From: TPA_inf: Saccharomyces
Lineage: Eukaryota
Length of the DNA stretch: 64,000 nt
NCBI GenBank assembly: GCA_000146045.2
Contig: BK006936.2
Coordinates: 192,001 to 256,000, forward strand
Direction of reading: 5' to 3'
Part shown: piece after piece, positions 60,563 through 64,000 of the stretch
How the letters are laid out: each line of letters starts with the position of its first letter
How positions within the stretch are numbered: position 1 is the stretch's first letter
Program-made: the position numbers and the translations under genes
Notes under the pieces: model-generated
The model's input: the letters and a program-made list of their open reading frames with translations, nothing else
What the model was told of the DNA's origin: nothing
The model's database searches: none

Positions 60563-62209
60563 CTACTCCTCTGTGTACGAAGATCTTGTACGTAATGATG
60601 GCCCATACTTATAAAGTATAAACGGGATAATAGCTAGACCTAAAGTTAGGAACCCCACTAAGGACGAACCCCATGCCACAGGATAGTTCTTAGTAGCTAA
60701 ATTGTCATACATTGCTCTACCAAACAACGGAAAAGCACAGGCAAACGAAGCCCGACAAAAACCATTGCCTGCAAAAACGGATGCAACATACTTTGGGTAG
60801 CATGTAGCCAAATATGCAAAAGTTGCTTGGAAAATGTTAAAGACAGCTAAAACAAAAAAAACTTCCGAGATAACTGGCAAAATCCAATGCACTCGAGCAG
60901 TCCAACCAAATAAGAACAAAGACAGAGGCAGGCACCAGCAGACACACATTGCCACGATTAAAAAAGCTTCCGGGGTGAATGTGCCGTTTCTAAAACGTGG
61001 TACAATAATCCTCATGTTTAAAATACCGAATAAGCCATAAGCAAGTACGCACCCTACGCAAAACCCCATATAGGCCAAGCCAACTTCAACTAAGCTGAAG
61101 TGGTATATACCTACAAATACAATAGGGAATGCTTCAAAGAATAAGTAGAAACAACCATAAGCAACAGCGATATAGAGATCAAAAGCCAAAATTGCAGGCT
61201 CTTTGATAATCATTTTGAGAGGCCTATACAAAGTATTGATCAAAAAAGTTCTTGCATCAACTTCTCTATCGAGTTTATCCTGTTCAGTATAGTACCTGTC
61301 ATCACCAGTTTCTTTTCTCAATTTCAAAGCACGGCGGTACAAAATATTATGGTGTTGTGTTTCAGGGAAGAAAAATGCCAACAAGATAAAAGTGGCAGCA
61401 CTTAACCACATTAATAACCAAAATATGAATCGCCAATTTTTAGCATCGACCATAGCAGCGCCTAGTAAGGGAGCCAAGACTGGCGCAGCAACAGCACCGG
61501 CTGACCACATACCTAAAACGAGAGGAACCATTTCTGGTGAAATGATATCAGCCACTGTACCGCCACCAGTGGCCAACGATGGGCTGCACAGTATGCCACT
61601 GATGAAACGCATGACGATTAAACCGCCGATGTTATGCACAGTAGCACAACCAACTTGAAAGATCATGAAAAAAAATAAAGTCACCATGTACAGATTTAGA
61701 CGGCCATAGCGTGCAGTTTCTGATAGCGGTGAAAAAATGATGGGACCTAGACCATAACCAAGAACATATAAAGAAAGATTTAATGTTGCCACTACATGAC
61801 CAACGTGGAACTCTTCTTGAATATATTCCTGGCCAGGTGTGTAAATGGAGGATCCCATGTACGTGACGCAAGTAAGTAACATTATTTGGAATACTACCAA
61901 TGATTTTTTCAGTAGGGGCCAGTTTTGTGGGTTCTCAGGATCACTGGGGCCGTTCCAATCCACCCTGAAAGGATCATTTTTTTCGATCTGTGAACCACTA
62001 GAGTCTGAATCGGTAGAGGATTCAGAGCACGATCTATTAGGACCGCATTCTATATCATAGTCGGGTTTACATTCTTTTTTATCGGTATTCTCGGGTTTTC
62101 TTGTTTCATCTTCACGGGCACTCTGTAAAGTTTCTAAGTTGGACACTATACCCAAATATTCTAAAAGGTCAACAACGATAGTGTGTCTGTACGTTGAAGT
62201 GTATACCAT
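60563..62209 (-). CDS. FLR1: Major facilitator superfamily multidrug (fluconazole/benomyl) H+ antiporter Flr1 (548 aa)
   Basis: 548-aa 12-TM MFS protein starting MVYTSTYRHTIVVDLLEYLGIVSNLETLQSAREDETRKPENTDKKECKPDYDIECGPNRSCS. Position YBR008C. Confidence 0.9.
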   Translation of the reverse strand: MVYTSTYRHTIVVDLLEYLGIVSNLETLQSAREDETRKPENTDKKECKPDYDIECGPNRSCSESSTDSDSSGSQIEKNDPFRVDWNGPSDPENPQNWPLLKKSLVVFQIMLLTCVTYMGSSIYTPGQEYIQEEFHVGHVVATLNLSLYVLGYGLGPIIFSPLSETARYGRLNLYMVTLFFFMIFQVGCATVHNIGGLIVMRFISGILCSPSLATGGGTVADIISPEMVPLVLGMWSAGAVAAPVLAPLLGAAMVDAKNWRFIFWLLMWLSAATFILLAFFFPETQHHNILYRRALKLRKETGDDRYYTEQDKLDREVDARTFLINTLYRPLKMIIKEPAILAFDLYIAVAYGCFYLFFEAFPIVFVGIYHFSLVEVGLAYMGFCVGCVLAYGLFGILNMRIIVPRFRNGTFTPEAFLIVAMCVCWCLPLSLFLFGWTARVHWILPVISEVFFVLAVFNIFQATFAYLATCYPKYVASVFAGNGFCRASFACAFPLFGRAMYDNLATKNYPVAWGSSLVGFLTLGLAIIPFILYKYGPSLRTRSSYTEE

Positions 62210-62350
62210 AGTGGAGATTGTCGTTCAACGGATACTCTTTTATAATAGCTTCACCATAATGACAAAGACGGCATAAGGATGTAGATATTTTAGCCTCGTA
62301 AAGAGCTGTTTAAATGCAATTCTCGTCTTCTTTCCTGTTCCCCTTTTACC

Positions 62351-62376
62351 TGACTAATTATCCCGCCCATTAGTCA
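62351..62376. promoter_or_regulatory. Pair of Yap1 response elements in the FLR1 promoter: TGACTAA at 62351..62357 and TTAGTCA at 62370..62376
   Basis: Both heptamers read directly ~150 bp upstream of the FLR1 ATG, in inverted orientation 12 bp apart. FLR1 is a known Yap1 target, and its YRE consensus is T(T/G)ACTAA. Confidence 0.75.
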
Positions 62377-63070
62377 GATGATTGATACCAATTTTACTCA
62401 AATGTGTACTATCATGTCCCTTTTCGCACTGTTATTGCTCCTTACCTAAGCAAATATCCTTTTTTTTTTCTTTGCATTTGTCTTCTTTCATTTTAAATCT
62501 TCATAATCTTCCGGAAAAACTAGTGATGCGAAATATTGTAGAGAAAAAGCGCAGGGCATTCCTATACTTAGTAATCACCATCATAACGTATTTTAAAATG
62601 AAGAAGCGAACCTCAAAGAATTTTCTATACAGAAGAGACCTTTCCGCGCATATACGCGGTAGCGTGTGTCAGCATCAGAGGTTTAGCATAATATATTGCA
62701 GAAAATGTGCTAGTAATATTGTTCTCTCTGTTGTCAATGGGCTTACAATTGCCGGCCATCAGTATATGGAGTATCAATGTTCCTTTTGATCGCCAACAAA
62801 TACTACCTTTTATCCTGCTCTTCCTGCTCTCAGATATTAATGCCGAATTGTTTCATCTTGTCTGTGTAGAAGACCACACACGAAAATCCTGTGATTTTTC
62901 ATTTTACTTATCATTAATCGAATGTATATCTATTTAATCTGCTTTTCTTGTCTAATAAATATATATGTAAAGTACGCTTTTTGTTGAAATTTTTTAAACC
63001 TTTGTTTATTTTTTTTTCTTCATTCCGTAACTCTTCTACCTTCTTTATTTACTTTCTAAAATCCAAATAC

Positions 63071-63081
63071 AAAACATAAAA
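63071..63081 (-). other. Perfect ARS consensus sequence match (TTTTATGTTTT on the minus strand, WTTTAYRTTTW) 3' of the H4 gene. Candidate for the classical copy-I H4 ARS
   Basis: An 11/11 ACS match is read in the sequence (plus strand aaaacataaaa), sitting in an A+T-rich 3' flank of HHF1. An ARS immediately downstream of histone H4 copy I is established knowledge. Confidence 0.55.
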
Positions 63082-63372
63082 ATAAATAAACACAGAGTAA
63101 ATTCCCAAATTATTCCATCATTAAAAAATACGAGGCGCGTGTAAGTTACAGACAAGCGATCCCTATTCCATGCAAGTTCGGTAAGTAGCAGAAATAATCA
63201 AACTGTTTAAACCCAATTAAAATTAAATTAAATACCCTTTATATGTTTATAATTGTACATATTTCTCCTAAACCCGCTATAATACACTCATATTTGTAGA
63301 AGAAAAACCGGGCAGTTGAATACGAATCCCAAATATTTGCTTGTTGTTACCGTTTTCTTAGAATTAGCTAAA

Positions 63373-64000
<628 letters not shown>

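Noticed and set aside
61392-62060. Plus-strand ORFs inside FLR1, and likewise inside UGA2 (55579..55930), DSF2 (56895..58834), COQ1 and UTP20
   Set aside because: Antisense chance ORFs within long, confidently identified genes.

Overview
This window is eukaryotic, not prokaryotic. I recognise it as Saccharomyces cerevisiae chromosome II spanning the centromere, with gene order YBL016W (FUS3) through CEN2 to YBR009C (HHF1), roughly chrII 192-256 kb of the S288C reference. The identification rests on protein-level recognition of most ORFs plus a textbook point centromere (CDEI-CDEII-CDEIII) at 46209..46324.

Content, left to right:
- FUS3, ACH1
- a Pol III hotspot with tRNA-Ile(AAU), tRNA-Gly(GCC), a solo Ty3 sigma LTR and degenerate delta fragments
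- RRN6, FMT1, SCT1, YBL010C, ALK2, a small ORF abutting HIR1, HIR1, SLA1, LDB7, PDR3
- a full-length, apparently intact Ty1-type retrotransposon (LTRs, PBS, PPT, +1 frameshift site, 5-bp GGAAT target-site duplication) inserted into an older solo delta, just upstream of tRNA-Ser(AGA)
- UTP20, the HTA2/HTB2 divergent histone pair, ECM15, CEN2
- NTH2, RER2, COQ1, GPI18, RCR1, UGA2, DSF2, FLR1, and histone H4 (HHF1) with the start of the HHT1-HHF1 divergent promoter

I see no CRISPR arrays, operons or prokaryotic defence systems. I find no convincing evidence of a novel, undescribed system. The most interesting structures are the centromere, the nested Ty/LTR insertions at the tRNA genes, a Ty1 element whose Gag region looks divergent from canonical Ty1, and several recognisable transcription-factor site clusters (Ste12 PREs, Pdr1/3 PDREs, Yap1 YREs, histone UAS). 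The ORF track uses non-ATG starts for some entries (e.g. GTG at 25461 and 50773), and I corrected those to the first ATG.
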